Below are positions 24,970 through 34,670 of a stretch of 51,975 nt of DNA, piece by piece. The notes under the pieces are model-generated. The model had not been told where the DNA came from, ran no database searches, and saw only the letters and a program-made list of their open reading frames with translations. The translations under genes were made by a program, and so were the position numbers. This stretch comes from Arenimonas sp. (GTDB lineage Bacteria; Pseudomonadota; Gammaproteobacteria; Xanthomonadales; Xanthomonadaceae), in the NCBI GenBank assembly GCA_049421545.1, contig JBMSNF010000001.1:1-51975 (forward strand), read 5' to 3'. How positions within the stretch are numbered: position 1 is the stretch's first letter; every line of letters begins with the position of its first letter.

Positions 24970-25014
24970 CCATGGACTCTAAACAGCTCTGCTACTGAAA
25001 CTGGGGGGACGTCG

Positions 25015-25080
25015 TTGAATGCCGTCAGCAGTTCGATGTCCACCATCACCAGCATGGTCAATCTGTTCAAAACCCCTTAG
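25015..25080 (+). pseudogene. Possible 3' remnant of a gene truncated by the IS
   Basis: Open frame LNAVSSSMSTITSMVNLFKTP-stop starts exactly at the right IR and has host-like GC3 codons. Confidence 0.35.
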
Positions 25081-25094
25081 TCACGCCGACCATC

Positions 25095-25123
25095 TTGACG
25101 GTATCGGTCCGGCGCGTTGTAAT
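25095..25123 (+). promoter_or_regulatory. Putative sigma70 promoter
   Basis: TTGACG-N17-TGTAAT, about 30 nt upstream of an AGGAG RBS/ATG. Confidence 0.4.
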
Positions 25124-25153
25124 CCACTAACACAAAACACTAGGAGATCTGTC

Positions 25154-25570
25154 ATGACCACACGACCGAAATGGTATCTGCCTGTGGCGATTCTTGCCCT
25201 GCTCTGGAATCTGATGGGCTGCGCTGCCTATCTGAGCGATGTCATGCTCAGCCCGGAGGATATCGCGGCGATGGATGCGACGCAACAAGCACTTTATAAC
25301 AGTCGCCCGGTTTGGGCGGTGGCGGCGACCGCCATCGCGGTCTGGTTCGGCGCAGCCGGCTGCCTCGGCCTGATACTAGGCAAGCGCTGGTCGGCATTGC
25401 TGCTCGAGCTGTCTTTGGTCGGCGTGATCGTGCAGGATATCGGCCTGTTCATCCTCAGCGGCGTCAATCCCGGCACTTTCGTGATGGCCATGCAGGGCTT
25501 CGTTCTGCTGGTCGCCATCGGTCTGGTGGCGCTGTCACGCCGGGCATTGGCGCGTGGCTGGATTGCTTAG
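25154..25570 (+). CDS. Small integral membrane protein (about 4 TM)
   Basis: AGGAG RBS; MTTRPKWYLPVAILALLWNLMG...P.WA..A.AIAV; four hydrophobic segments. Confidence 0.8.
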   Translation: MTTRPKWYLPVAILALLWNLMGCAAYLSDVMLSPEDIAAMDATQQALYNSRPVWAVAATAIAVWFGAAGCLGLILGKRWSALLLELSLVGVIVQDIGLFILSGVNPGTFVMAMQGFVLLVAIGLVALSRRALARGWIA

Positions 25571-25680
25571 CATTTAGGATTGACTTCGTACTGGGTAGCA
25601 CAGGATTAGCGTTAGACCTCGAACATATCCATATTCTTGCGGTGATCAATCGCCACTGAGCTTTGTTGGGACGACTGCGC

Positions 25681-27417
25681 CTAACGCGGATCTTTTCCCA
25701 ACCGGCTGCGCTCCAGCCACCAGAGCAGACTGCTGGCCAGCAACCAGCCGATGAACCAGGGCCATGGCGAACCCGGAATCGGCGTGCCCGATGTGACGGT
25801 GTTTTCCGGCGATACCGTGGTTAACTTCAGGGTTTCCGTTTGCAGGCGGGCGCGCCGCAGTGCTTCACCCTCTTTCGGTGCGTGCACATAAAAGGGCAAC
25901 TGCATTTTGCCGCTCGTGAGTATGTGCCAACCTGCGGCTTGCGGCCAATAGGCGGCACAGCCTGCATTCATTCCCGTCGTTTCAACGACCAGCACCTGCC
26001 GGTCGGCCGCGGCCTGAACGGCGGCATCCGGCTGCAGATGGCAGAACACCATGCGTTCATGCGGCCATGCCGTATTGCCGCGCCGGGTCGGCGGATTTTC
26101 CGCCTGCGGCCGTACCAACACCGAAACCAGATCGCTCCAGATCCGGCTGTGGGCATCGCCGAAGCCGGCCAGAGCGAGCCGGTAGCTGTCCGAGAGCGGC
26201 AACACGCCGATACGTCCGCTGCCGTAAGAACGCCAGACCATCAAGGGCTCGCCCTGGGTGCCTGCCAATGCCACCACGCCGTCTGTGGTAGTGATGCGCA
26301 CCGGCCGGCGGCTCAATACAGGCCACTCCTGTTTTGCGGCATCCGGAGCCAACTGCACGCTCTCGACAAGATCTGCCGCATCGATACGCAGACCCATCTG
26401 GCGGAAATCCGCGGCCGTCTGCGCCGACAGCGGTCCGGTGATACGCAGCAACAGGCCGAGACCGTTGCCGACGGCCTCGCGGATGTTCCGGCGTTGACCG
26501 CCATCGAAACCCTGCCATGCGCGCTCGTCGATGATGAGCATGTCCTGCGCAGCCAAAGTGGCGGGGCGGACATCGGCGCCCTCCGTGCGCACCGTCATGC
26601 CCGGTCCGAGTTCGATGTGGCTCTGCAGTTGCAGACCCGCATCCAGCGCCCAACGCCGGATTGCCTTCAGATCCGGCCCCGGGCCACCGGAATGACTGAG
26701 CAGCTTCAGCGTCTGCGGCTGGCTGACCGCAACCGGAACCGTAAACGTTTCACGGATTTTTCCTGCCGCATCCAACACGCGCAGTTGGTAGCTCACCTGA
26801 CCAGAAGCCCGGGCGATATCGGAAAGCAGGGCGTCTCCATTGCGTTCCGGAATGGCACCATCCACCAGGATTCCGGACGGATCGCGTAATTCAACCCGCG
26901 CCTGGGTGATGCCGGAGAGGCGCAGACGCAACTGCCAGCGATTGCCGATGACAATGGTTTCCGGCATCCAGAAATCCACCAGACCCACAGGCGGGGCACC
27001 CGGCAGAAAGCGCAGGCTCCGGCCTGCCACGGCCTCCCGGTCACGGGCCGGCAAGCCATCACCGACGATCAGTAAATGTCCGACATCCGGTGATTGACGC
27101 AGCAGTGTCGCCACATCCGGCACGCGCGTCATCGTCATCAGCGCGGGCGCTTCCGGCAAGGCAATACGTCGGCCTTCGGGAATGGCAGTCACCGAATCGG
27201 CATGGGCGGTCAACACGATGCGCTCACCGGCGGGTACCCACTGGGTTGGTGGCAGCAGAGTGAAATAAAGCATCAGTGCGGAGATTCCACTGAGCACCAT
27301 CAAAACGATGATGCGCCAAGGCTTGACCGGATGGCGGCGGGCCGCACGCCAAAGCTGCACCACCGCAATGAGCACGGCAAGGGCAAGGAGACCCGCAATG
27401 ACATCCGATGGCATCAT
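25681..27417 (-). CDS. Membrane protein of the MoxR/BatA cluster (two N-terminal TM, one C-terminal TM)
   Basis: ATGA overlap with the upstream stop; hydrophobic N-terminus; C-terminal WFIGWLLASSLLWWLER anchor. Confidence 0.8.
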   Translation of the reverse strand: MMPSDVIAGLLALAVLIAVVQLWRAARRHPVKPWRIIVLMVLSGISALMLYFTLLPPTQWVPAGERIVLTAHADSVTAIPEGRRIALPEAPALMTMTRVPDVATLLRQSPDVGHLLIVGDGLPARDREAVAGRSLRFLPGAPPVGLVDFWMPETIVIGNRWQLRLRLSGITQARVELRDPSGILVDGAIPERNGDALLSDIARASGQVSYQLRVLDAAGKIRETFTVPVAVSQPQTLKLLSHSGGPGPDLKAIRRWALDAGLQLQSHIELGPGMTVRTEGADVRPATLAAQDMLIIDERAWQGFDGGQRRNIREAVGNGLGLLLRITGPLSAQTAADFRQMGLRIDAADLVESVQLAPDAAKQEWPVLSRRPVRITTTDGVVALAGTQGEPLMVWRSYGSGRIGVLPLSDSYRLALAGFGDAHSRIWSDLVSVLVRPQAENPPTRRGNTAWPHERMVFCHLQPDAAVQAAADRQVLVVETTGMNAGCAAYWPQAAGWHILTSGKMQLPFYVHAPKEGEALRRARLQTETLKLTTVSPENTVTSGTPIPGSPWPWFIGWLLASSLLWWLERSRLGKDPR

Positions 27418-29513
27418 GGCTGTCCCTCCAGGCGCAAGGCTTTCTGATAGGGGCTGTCCACGGGCTGCGGACGCCGCGCTTTCGGCACCGAGGGTGGCCT
27501 GGCCAATACCGGCCACAGCAGGGCCTTGACCGCATCACGGCAACTGCGGCAATCCGGTCGGCTTTCCATTTCGGCCAAAGCCACCTTCAGGCCCAGGGCA
27601 TCGGGCAAGCGATCGCCATGGTCAGCCATCCATCGCTGCAAGTCAGCGGTATCCGGCGAACCCGCCGCATCGAGGCTGCGCCAGAACAGCAACAGGGGCG
27701 CGTCCTCGCGTTCGGCGGCACGCAGCATGTCCGCAGGCGCCTTGAAACCGCTGCGGTCGCCGCTGAGCCGCCGGCTTTCATCGATCGGCGGCAGATCTGG
27801 ACCGACACGCGCGAGATAGATGCGCTCGGCCTGCTGCACTTTCTTGATGAATGCCAGCGCACGATACGCATAAGGCAGCGCCTTGGCCGGCTCGGCCTGA
27901 CGCAGATGCAGTTCGGCCTGCCACATTTCATTCAGCGCCGAACGCAGCAGGGATTTGGTTCCGGCATCAAGCAAGGTGGCCGCTTCCGGAATGTCGTGCG
28001 TGTGGCCGAATTCTTCGAGAATGCTCTGGTCGGAAGTGGTCGCCGACTTTGCAGGTGCTTTGCCGCTGTCGCCGCCGTGATCATGGCCATCGTCATCGCT
28101 ATGCTGGACGCCCTCAGCCGGCGGCTCCGGAGCTTCGGTTTCTTCACCGAGGAACTGGCCATAGCGCAAGCGCAGGATGCGTTGATCGACACCGATGGTG
28201 TCGGAACGGATTTCGAACTGTTCCCGGCTGATTTTCTTTCTCTCCGCCAACAGCTTTTCGGTGTCGATGATGATCTGGCGCTGGCTGCGGAAATAGGCCG
28301 GCATCACCTTCTTCAACATGCCCTCGACACCACTGGCTTCGTAGGCGTCTTCCGCCGACCAACGCAGGATATATGCGGCACTGACGGCGGTATTGGCCTG
28401 GGGCCGGCGCCGGTCGCTGACACGGAACTGCACGATCAGGTCATCACCGACCTGCATGCCGAGTGCGGCCAGATCCAGAACGGCACTGTAGCGCCGCCGC
28501 GTCGGCGAGCCCTGCCCGGACAAGGGCCGGCTGATGCTTTTGAATTGGATGTTTTCACCGCTGCCCTGCGCCAACTGGATGTCCATGACCGCATCGGCCA
28601 GACCGTAATCGTCTTCCGCTTCCATCTGCAGCGACCAGCTGCGTTGCCCGGAGCTCACCAGACTCAGGCTGCGGTCAGGCAGACTGACGCGCCATTGCGG
28701 GGCCCGGTCGGGAATGGCATCCAAGCGTTGCCAGGGGTTCGGCGATGTCTGGCCGGGAATGACGAAGCGATAGACATCGGATGCCGCGATGACGGTATCC
28801 ACCGTCCAGACGTCCCCGTCGCGCCGCAAAGGCAGAACGCTGCCATTGAAGAACTGCAAGTTCGCCTGCGTCGGCTGCGGCGCGAAACGCAGCCGCCAGA
28901 TGATCCGGCTGCCTTCCGGAAATTTCGCCGGCAGGCCGGTTTCGGTCCGTACCGGCAAACCGGTGTAAGACGGCGGCACAATCCGAAGCCGCGCATCGAC
29001 AAGTTTCACCGGAACCTTGGTGGCCGAAGCCGCCGCCGAAGTTGCTTTGGCGGTGCCGCCATCCTGCGATGGTGGCCGGAAATACGCGGTAGCGGCAAGC
29101 GCGGCAGACAGCAGCAGTGCAAGGGCAATGCCGACAGCGGGAAACGGCCGTCGCAGATCCTGCTCCGGCAACGATGCCAGCCGCTGCAGCACACGTTGCT
29201 GCTGCAGGGCAGCCAGACGCGGCTCCGGCGTCTGCGTGCTGAGCAGCAGATCGGCACTGTTTTCCAGGACCGGCAATGCGTCCAGACGCCGTATCAGCCA
29301 GCCCTTGTCCATGCGGCGCAGGCGCCGCCAAAGGACGTAAGCCAGGATTGCCGCTGATACCGCCAATAGCATGGCCGCATACACCGGACTGAAGAAGCGC
29401 CAGCAGACGGCAAACGCCGCTGCCATCACCGGCAGGCCTGCCGCGACGACAATGATGACCTCGCGTTGGCGGGCCTGATTGAGCCACCGCAGGGCGCGTG
29501 AGGGAATACTCAT
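27414..29513 (-). CDS. DUF4175-like membrane protein with His/Asp-rich segment
   Basis: 699 aa; three N-terminal TM; Ig-like PPSYTGLP and AEDDYGL; YFRSQRQIIIDTEKL; HSDDDGHDHG; GHTHD. Confidence 0.75.
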   Translation of the reverse strand: MSIPSRALRWLNQARQREVIIVVAAGLPVMAAAFAVCWRFFSPVYAAMLLAVSAAILAYVLWRRLRRMDKGWLIRRLDALPVLENSADLLLSTQTPEPRLAALQQQRVLQRLASLPEQDLRRPFPAVGIALALLLSAALAATAYFRPPSQDGGTAKATSAAASATKVPVKLVDARLRIVPPSYTGLPVRTETGLPAKFPEGSRIIWRLRFAPQPTQANLQFFNGSVLPLRRDGDVWTVDTVIAASDVYRFVIPGQTSPNPWQRLDAIPDRAPQWRVSLPDRSLSLVSSGQRSWSLQMEAEDDYGLADAVMDIQLAQGSGENIQFKSISRPLSGQGSPTRRRYSAVLDLAALGMQVGDDLIVQFRVSDRRRPQANTAVSAAYILRWSAEDAYEASGVEGMLKKVMPAYFRSQRQIIIDTEKLLAERKKISREQFEIRSDTIGVDQRILRLRYGQFLGEETEAPEPPAEGVQHSDDDGHDHGGDSGKAPAKSATTSDQSILEEFGHTHDIPEAATLLDAGTKSLLRSALNEMWQAELHLRQAEPAKALPYAYRALAFIKKVQQAERIYLARVGPDLPPIDESRRLSGDRSGFKAPADMLRAAEREDAPLLLFWRSLDAAGSPDTADLQRWMADHGDRLPDALGLKVALAEMESRPDCRSCRDAVKALLWPVLARPPSVPKARRPQPVDSPYQKALRLEGQP

Positions 29514-30664
29514 GCCGGCATTCCCCGGCTCGGTCGCGTGGCGACGATTCTCTCGACAAGAAACAACAGCACAACGGCGATCAGCAGCCAGGGCTGCAAG
29601 GGCTGCGGCTCCGGAATCGACGGTGAAGCGCCGATCCGCGGGCGCTGCGTTTGCGCCATTCCGGAATCCGGCGCAGGAACGGCTTCCAGCAGATTCCGCA
29701 AATGCTCCGGAAATCCGGAATCACGCAATTGCGGCACGCGCCGGCCATCCAAAGCTTGCTGCCATTGCAGTACGCGCCCGGAACCGATGGCGTGTTGCTT
29801 CACCAAGGCGTTGCCATCGTCCGCGCGCCAAAGCACCGACGCTGCCGGCGCATCGATGACGGCATCCGGGCCGAGCATGAGCGTGCCGCCTTTTCGCGAC
29901 CACGCAAGAACCGGCGCCGGTACCGGCCCGGCAGGCAGGTACACCCAAATCCGCACAGGCGCCGACGGCACGGCATCGCCGGCAAGCACCGGCAGTGTGC
30001 TTTGCCTGGTTTCAGGAAGGTGACTTTGCCAGACCCGGTAGGCGGCGCGGAAATAGCGCGCACTTTCGGCGTTCACCGGATCCGGCGTGATGGCCATGGC
30101 CGGCACCAGAACCGGAGGGGTGTGCGCCGGCATCTGCCCTTGCACGGTTCGCCACTGCACCGGCCGTTGCAGTTGCGGGCGTTCGGCATCCAATCCACGG
30201 ATGCGCTCGGGCACCAGTACCGTCAATTGCGTTGTTCCCGGCAATTTGGCATCCAGTTCGCGCAACAGACTCGCGACCGGGACCGCCACCGGCGGCAAGG
30301 GACGATCGGCTTCGGGAAAGCCCGGAGCCAGCCAATGCCGACTGACCGCATTTCCAGAGGGCAGCACTTCATCCGGCGGCCAGGCCACGCCGGGAACCGC
30401 GACCAGCCAGTGCGCAGGTGCCGGCGTATGCTGACGGACCGGAATGGCCAGAAACAGAACCACGGCCGTCAGCAGCAAGAGACGGATCAACAACAACAGC
30501 CACTCCTGCACGATCGGTTGGCGACGCGGGCGGAAGCGCGCCTGCAGCCAACGCAGTGCCGCGAAATCGGTCCGATGCTGCTGTGAACGCCGGCTCAGAT
30601 GAATCAGCAAGGGAAGCGCCAAGGCGAACAGAGCCAGCAGCGCGGAGGGCAACAGGAAATTCAT
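29510..30664 (-). CDS. BatA (aerotolerance N-terminal) domain membrane protein
   Basis: MNFLLP..LLAL..LALPLLIHL...F.ALRWL...LLLLIRLLLL; C-terminal TM ending LVER. Confidence 0.85.
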   Translation of the reverse strand: MNFLLPSALLALFALALPLLIHLSRRSQQHRTDFAALRWLQARFRPRRQPIVQEWLLLLIRLLLLTAVVLFLAIPVRQHTPAPAHWLVAVPGVAWPPDEVLPSGNAVSRHWLAPGFPEADRPLPPVAVPVASLLRELDAKLPGTTQLTVLVPERIRGLDAERPQLQRPVQWRTVQGQMPAHTPPVLVPAMAITPDPVNAESARYFRAAYRVWQSHLPETRQSTLPVLAGDAVPSAPVRIWVYLPAGPVPAPVLAWSRKGGTLMLGPDAVIDAPAASVLWRADDGNALVKQHAIGSGRVLQWQQALDGRRVPQLRDSGFPEHLRNLLEAVPAPDSGMAQTQRPRIGASPSIPEPQPLQPWLLIAVVLLFLVERIVATRPSRGMPA

Positions 30665-31566
30665 GCGCTTTCCTGGAAGTGCGCTTTGCCCTGCGCGAAC
30701 AGGCGCTGCAGGGGCGCATCGATATTTTCATCCAGTGCGTAAGACACATGGCGGATGCCGGCGGAGTTCAGACGCAGATTCAATTGCCGGAGTGCGGCGG
30801 CAAACGCCTGCAGATAATCATTGCGTGCGGCGCCGGCATCGGTCAGCAGCTCCGCACCGGATTCGACATCGATGAAGCGGCGGCCGTCACGGAACGGGAA
30901 GTCGCGCTCTTCGACGGTCAGGATCTGGATATTCAGCACCTCGCGCCGGGCGGCGGCAAGACGCTCGATCAGTCCCAACACCGCCTCATCGAAATCATCG
31001 CTGAGCAGCAGCACCAGATCATTGGCGTGGATGCGCTCCCAGATCAGTCGGCAATCGGCTTCGCCCGGCCAGGTGCCTGCGGCGTCTGCGGCAACCAGCA
31101 TCTTCAGACACTGATCCCGGTGGCGGGTGCCGCTGCCGGCATTGATCACCTGCAGGCGGTTGTTGCTGACGACTATCAGGCCGAAGCGATCGCCCTGACG
31201 GCAGGCCAGTTCGAACACGCAGGCGGCCTGCGCTTTCGCCGCCTGCAGACGGCTCCAGCCGGGTCGGGCGGCATCGGCCTGCGCCATCGATGCGGTCGCA
31301 TCGAGCAAGACCCAGGCCGCCAAGGGGCTGTCGCGCTCGGATTCGCGCACGAAGAATTTGTCGGAACGCGCGTACAGTTTCCAGTCGATCTGCCGCGGCT
31401 CGTCACCCGGTTCGTAAGCCCGGTACTGGGCGAACTCCATGCCTGCACCGCGCGAGCGGCTGTGGTGCTGTCCGATGCCGAGCGCACCCGACACGCGCCG
31501 CGAGACCAGACGCAGCCCTTTCAGGCGCGCCCGGACGTCGGCGGGAATCAGGTCGGGCCCGGACAT
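30661..31566 (-). CDS. DUF58 / vWA-like MoxR partner
   Basis: G.H.S...GAGMEFAQYRAYEPGD..R.IDWK..AR; MIDAS-like LDATASM; LLSD. Confidence 0.92.
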   Translation of the reverse strand: MSGPDLIPADVRARLKGLRLVSRRVSGALGIGQHHSRSRGAGMEFAQYRAYEPGDEPRQIDWKLYARSDKFFVRESERDSPLAAWVLLDATASMAQADAARPGWSRLQAAKAQAACVFELACRQGDRFGLIVVSNNRLQVINAGSGTRHRDQCLKMLVAADAAGTWPGEADCRLIWERIHANDLVLLLSDDFDEAVLGLIERLAAARREVLNIQILTVEERDFPFRDGRRFIDVESGAELLTDAGAARNDYLQAFAAALRQLNLRLNSAGIRHVSYALDENIDAPLQRLFAQGKAHFQESA

Positions 31567-31577
31567 CGCGTTAGGGC

Positions 31578-32564
<987 letters not shown>

Positions 32565-32596
32565 GACGGCAGGGTCCGTGAGTGGGTTCTGGTGAA

Positions 32597-33292
32597 TCAG
32601 GCGTTGAGGGCGTACATCACGATGTTGACGGCGAACTTGGTGTTGTCTTCGGCGAGGAAACGCTTGTTGCGCCAGTCGTAATCCCATTCGCAGCCGTAGT
32701 CCTTGTTGCTGTAGAGCAGTCCGAGACGGCCGTCGAAGCTGATGCCTTTCAGGTAATCGTGCACGATGTCATCGCCCCAGCCGTTCAGCTCGAAACTGGT
32801 GGTCGGCGGCTCGCTGAAACGGAAAAAACTGGAGTACAGCGGATGGGAGTTGGGGATTTTGCCCAAAGCCTTCGGTCCGAAGATGGAGGCCATCTGGGCT
32901 TCGAAGGATTTGGCGAACAGGCCGTCGATGTCGTGGTTGCAGTCGTCCACGAAGATGAAGCCGCCGCTGCGCAGATAGGCCTCGAAATTCCGGCGCTCGG
33001 CCGGACTGAACTGCACCAGCTTGTGGCCGGCCAGGTAACAGAACGGGGCCAGCCGCATTTTCGGATCCGACAGGGCGATGACATGTTCTTTCGGGTCGAC
33101 CCGCAGGCTGGTGTAATCGATCAGCGCGGTGATCACATTGGACGGCATGCGCGCATCCACATCCCAATCCCCGGACTCGTACATCAGCCGGGTAAAGCGG
33201 AAATCGTATTCGGGGCCTGCGGCGGCCATGCGCGGCAGCGCGGCCATGGCCGCACCGCCGAGCATCAAACGCAGGAAGTCGGCACGGTCCAT
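32597..33292 (-). CDS. DUF4159 domain protein with Tat-like signal
   Basis: MDRADFLRLMLGGAAMAALPRMAAA; RL.Y.SGDW, PF.Y..GH, YL..GGF.FVDDC, H.LY..FF, DYGCEW, NI.MYAL. Confidence 0.85.
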   Translation of the reverse strand: MDRADFLRLMLGGAAMAALPRMAAAGPEYDFRFTRLMYESGDWDVDARMPSNVITALIDYTSLRVDPKEHVIALSDPKMRLAPFCYLAGHKLVQFSPAERRNFEAYLRSGGFIFVDDCNHDIDGLFAKSFEAQMASIFGPKALGKIPNSHPLYSSFFRFSEPPTTSFELNGWGDDIVHDYLKGISFDGRLGLLYSNKDYGCEWDYDWRNKRFLAEDNTKFAVNIVMYALNA

Positions 33293-33308
33293 GCCGGCTC
33301 CCGGGGCA

Positions 33309-34643
33309 TCACACGGCGTCCGACAGCGACGTGAAGGTGAAGTCGCGGATCTTCATCGGCGGAATCATCATCACGAACGGCGATTCGTCATCGCCGAGGC
33401 GGATCGGCTTGCCGAGCTCTTCGATGTTGTTGAGCATGATCACCGGCGACTCGTTGAAACGGAAATTTTTGATCGGATATTTAATCTCGCCATTCTCGAT
33501 GTAGAAGGTGCCGTCGCGGGTCAGGCCGGTCAGCAGCACGGTCTGCGGGTCGACCATGCGGATGTACCAGGTGCGGGTGACCAGAATGCCTTTCGCGGTG
33601 CCCTTGACCAGATCCATGGTGGACTTGGTGCCGCCGGCCATGATCAGATTGCCGGGCGAGCCCTTGGCCTCCTTGCCCTTGAGCTTGGCCCAGTAGCGCG
33701 AATATTCGAGATAGGACACCTTGCCCTTGTCGATGATGGTCATCTTTTCGCGCGGCAGACCTTCGCCGTCCCAGGGCATCACCGGCACATCCGGATTCCA
33801 GGGATCGGTGTGCAGGCTCACGCGCGGATCGAACACCTGCTCGCCGAGCTTGTTGCCGCCGCCTTTCTTGGTCAGGAAGCTGCGGCCTTCATCGGCCTGG
33901 CGGGCATCGAAGCCGTTCATCATGAAGGAAATCAGGCCGGCCGAAGCCGCCGGTTCCAGAATGACGGTGTACTTGCCCGGCTCGAGCGCCTTGGCGCCGC
34001 GTGAGCCTTTGGCTTTCTGGATGGCGGTCTGGATTTCACGCGAGGCTTTGAAGTCCTCGACGCTGCCGGCATTGCGGGCGACCCAGCCGGAGCCGGTGCC
34101 GTCTTCGGTGCGCACGGTGCAGGTGTAATCCAGCCCGGTGGATTGCTGGTAGGCGAAGTTGCCGTTGCTGTTGGCCGATGCGAAGAAGCCGACGCTGTCG
34201 GACAGGAAGCCGGCGGCGATCAGTCCGTCGCTCTTGCAGGGATTGATGGAATCGGCGGCGACCTGAGCGCGGTATTCCGGGGTGATGGCGGCGATGCCGG
34301 CATTGAAGGTCGGCGTGGGCTTGTAGCTCTGCTTGCCGATGGCCGGAACGAATTCCTCGTTCTCGGGCGCCAGACGTGCCAGTTCCTCGGCGCGGCGGAC
34401 CACGCGTGCCAGCGATTCATCATCGAACTCGTTGATGGTGGCGACGCCGACGCGCTTGCCGAAGGCGACCTGCACGGCCAGTTCGGCATTAGTGACGATG
34501 CCGCTGGTGGACACGTTGTTCAGCGCGAAGCGGATGTTGCCGTTGATGCCGCCGCCGAGGGTGGCGGTGCACTCATCGGCCTTGCTCAGCGCGATGACCT
34601 TGTCGAGGATCGCTTTGGCCTGTTGTTCCGTATACATGCTCAT
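33309..34643 (-). CDS. TldE/PmbA-like non-catalytic subunit
   Basis: 444 aa TldD/PmbA fold (IRFA.N, LEPGKYTVILEP.A, DGEG, TG.TRDG.F.IENG); no HExxxH; no signal peptide. Confidence 0.88.
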   Translation of the reverse strand: MSMYTEQQAKAILDKVIALSKADECTATLGGGINGNIRFALNNVSTSGIVTNAELAVQVAFGKRVGVATINEFDDESLARVVRRAEELARLAPENEEFVPAIGKQSYKPTPTFNAGIAAITPEYRAQVAADSINPCKSDGLIAAGFLSDSVGFFASANSNGNFAYQQSTGLDYTCTVRTEDGTGSGWVARNAGSVEDFKASREIQTAIQKAKGSRGAKALEPGKYTVILEPAASAGLISFMMNGFDARQADEGRSFLTKKGGGNKLGEQVFDPRVSLHTDPWNPDVPVMPWDGEGLPREKMTIIDKGKVSYLEYSRYWAKLKGKEAKGSPGNLIMAGGTKSTMDLVKGTAKGILVTRTWYIRMVDPQTVLLTGLTRDGTFYIENGEIKYPIKNFRFNESPVIMLNNIEELGKPIRLGDDESPFVMMIPPMKIRDFTFTSLSDAV

Positions 34644-34670
34644 GGATGCTTGCTCCTGTAGTGAGGTCGG

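Larger units (their letters stand above)
23811..25014 (+). mobile_element. IS3 family insertion sequence (IS407 group), about 1.2 kb
   Basis: Imperfect terminal inverted repeats CGACGTCCCCCC...AGTAGCA...GAGTCC / GGACTC...TGCTACT...GGGGGGACGTCG enclosing orfA and orfB; no flanking direct repeat. Confidence 0.92.

Noticed and set aside
27408-29357. 649 aa plus-strand ORF
   Set aside because: Shadow of the DUF4175-like gene, which fits the operon by ATGA overlaps.
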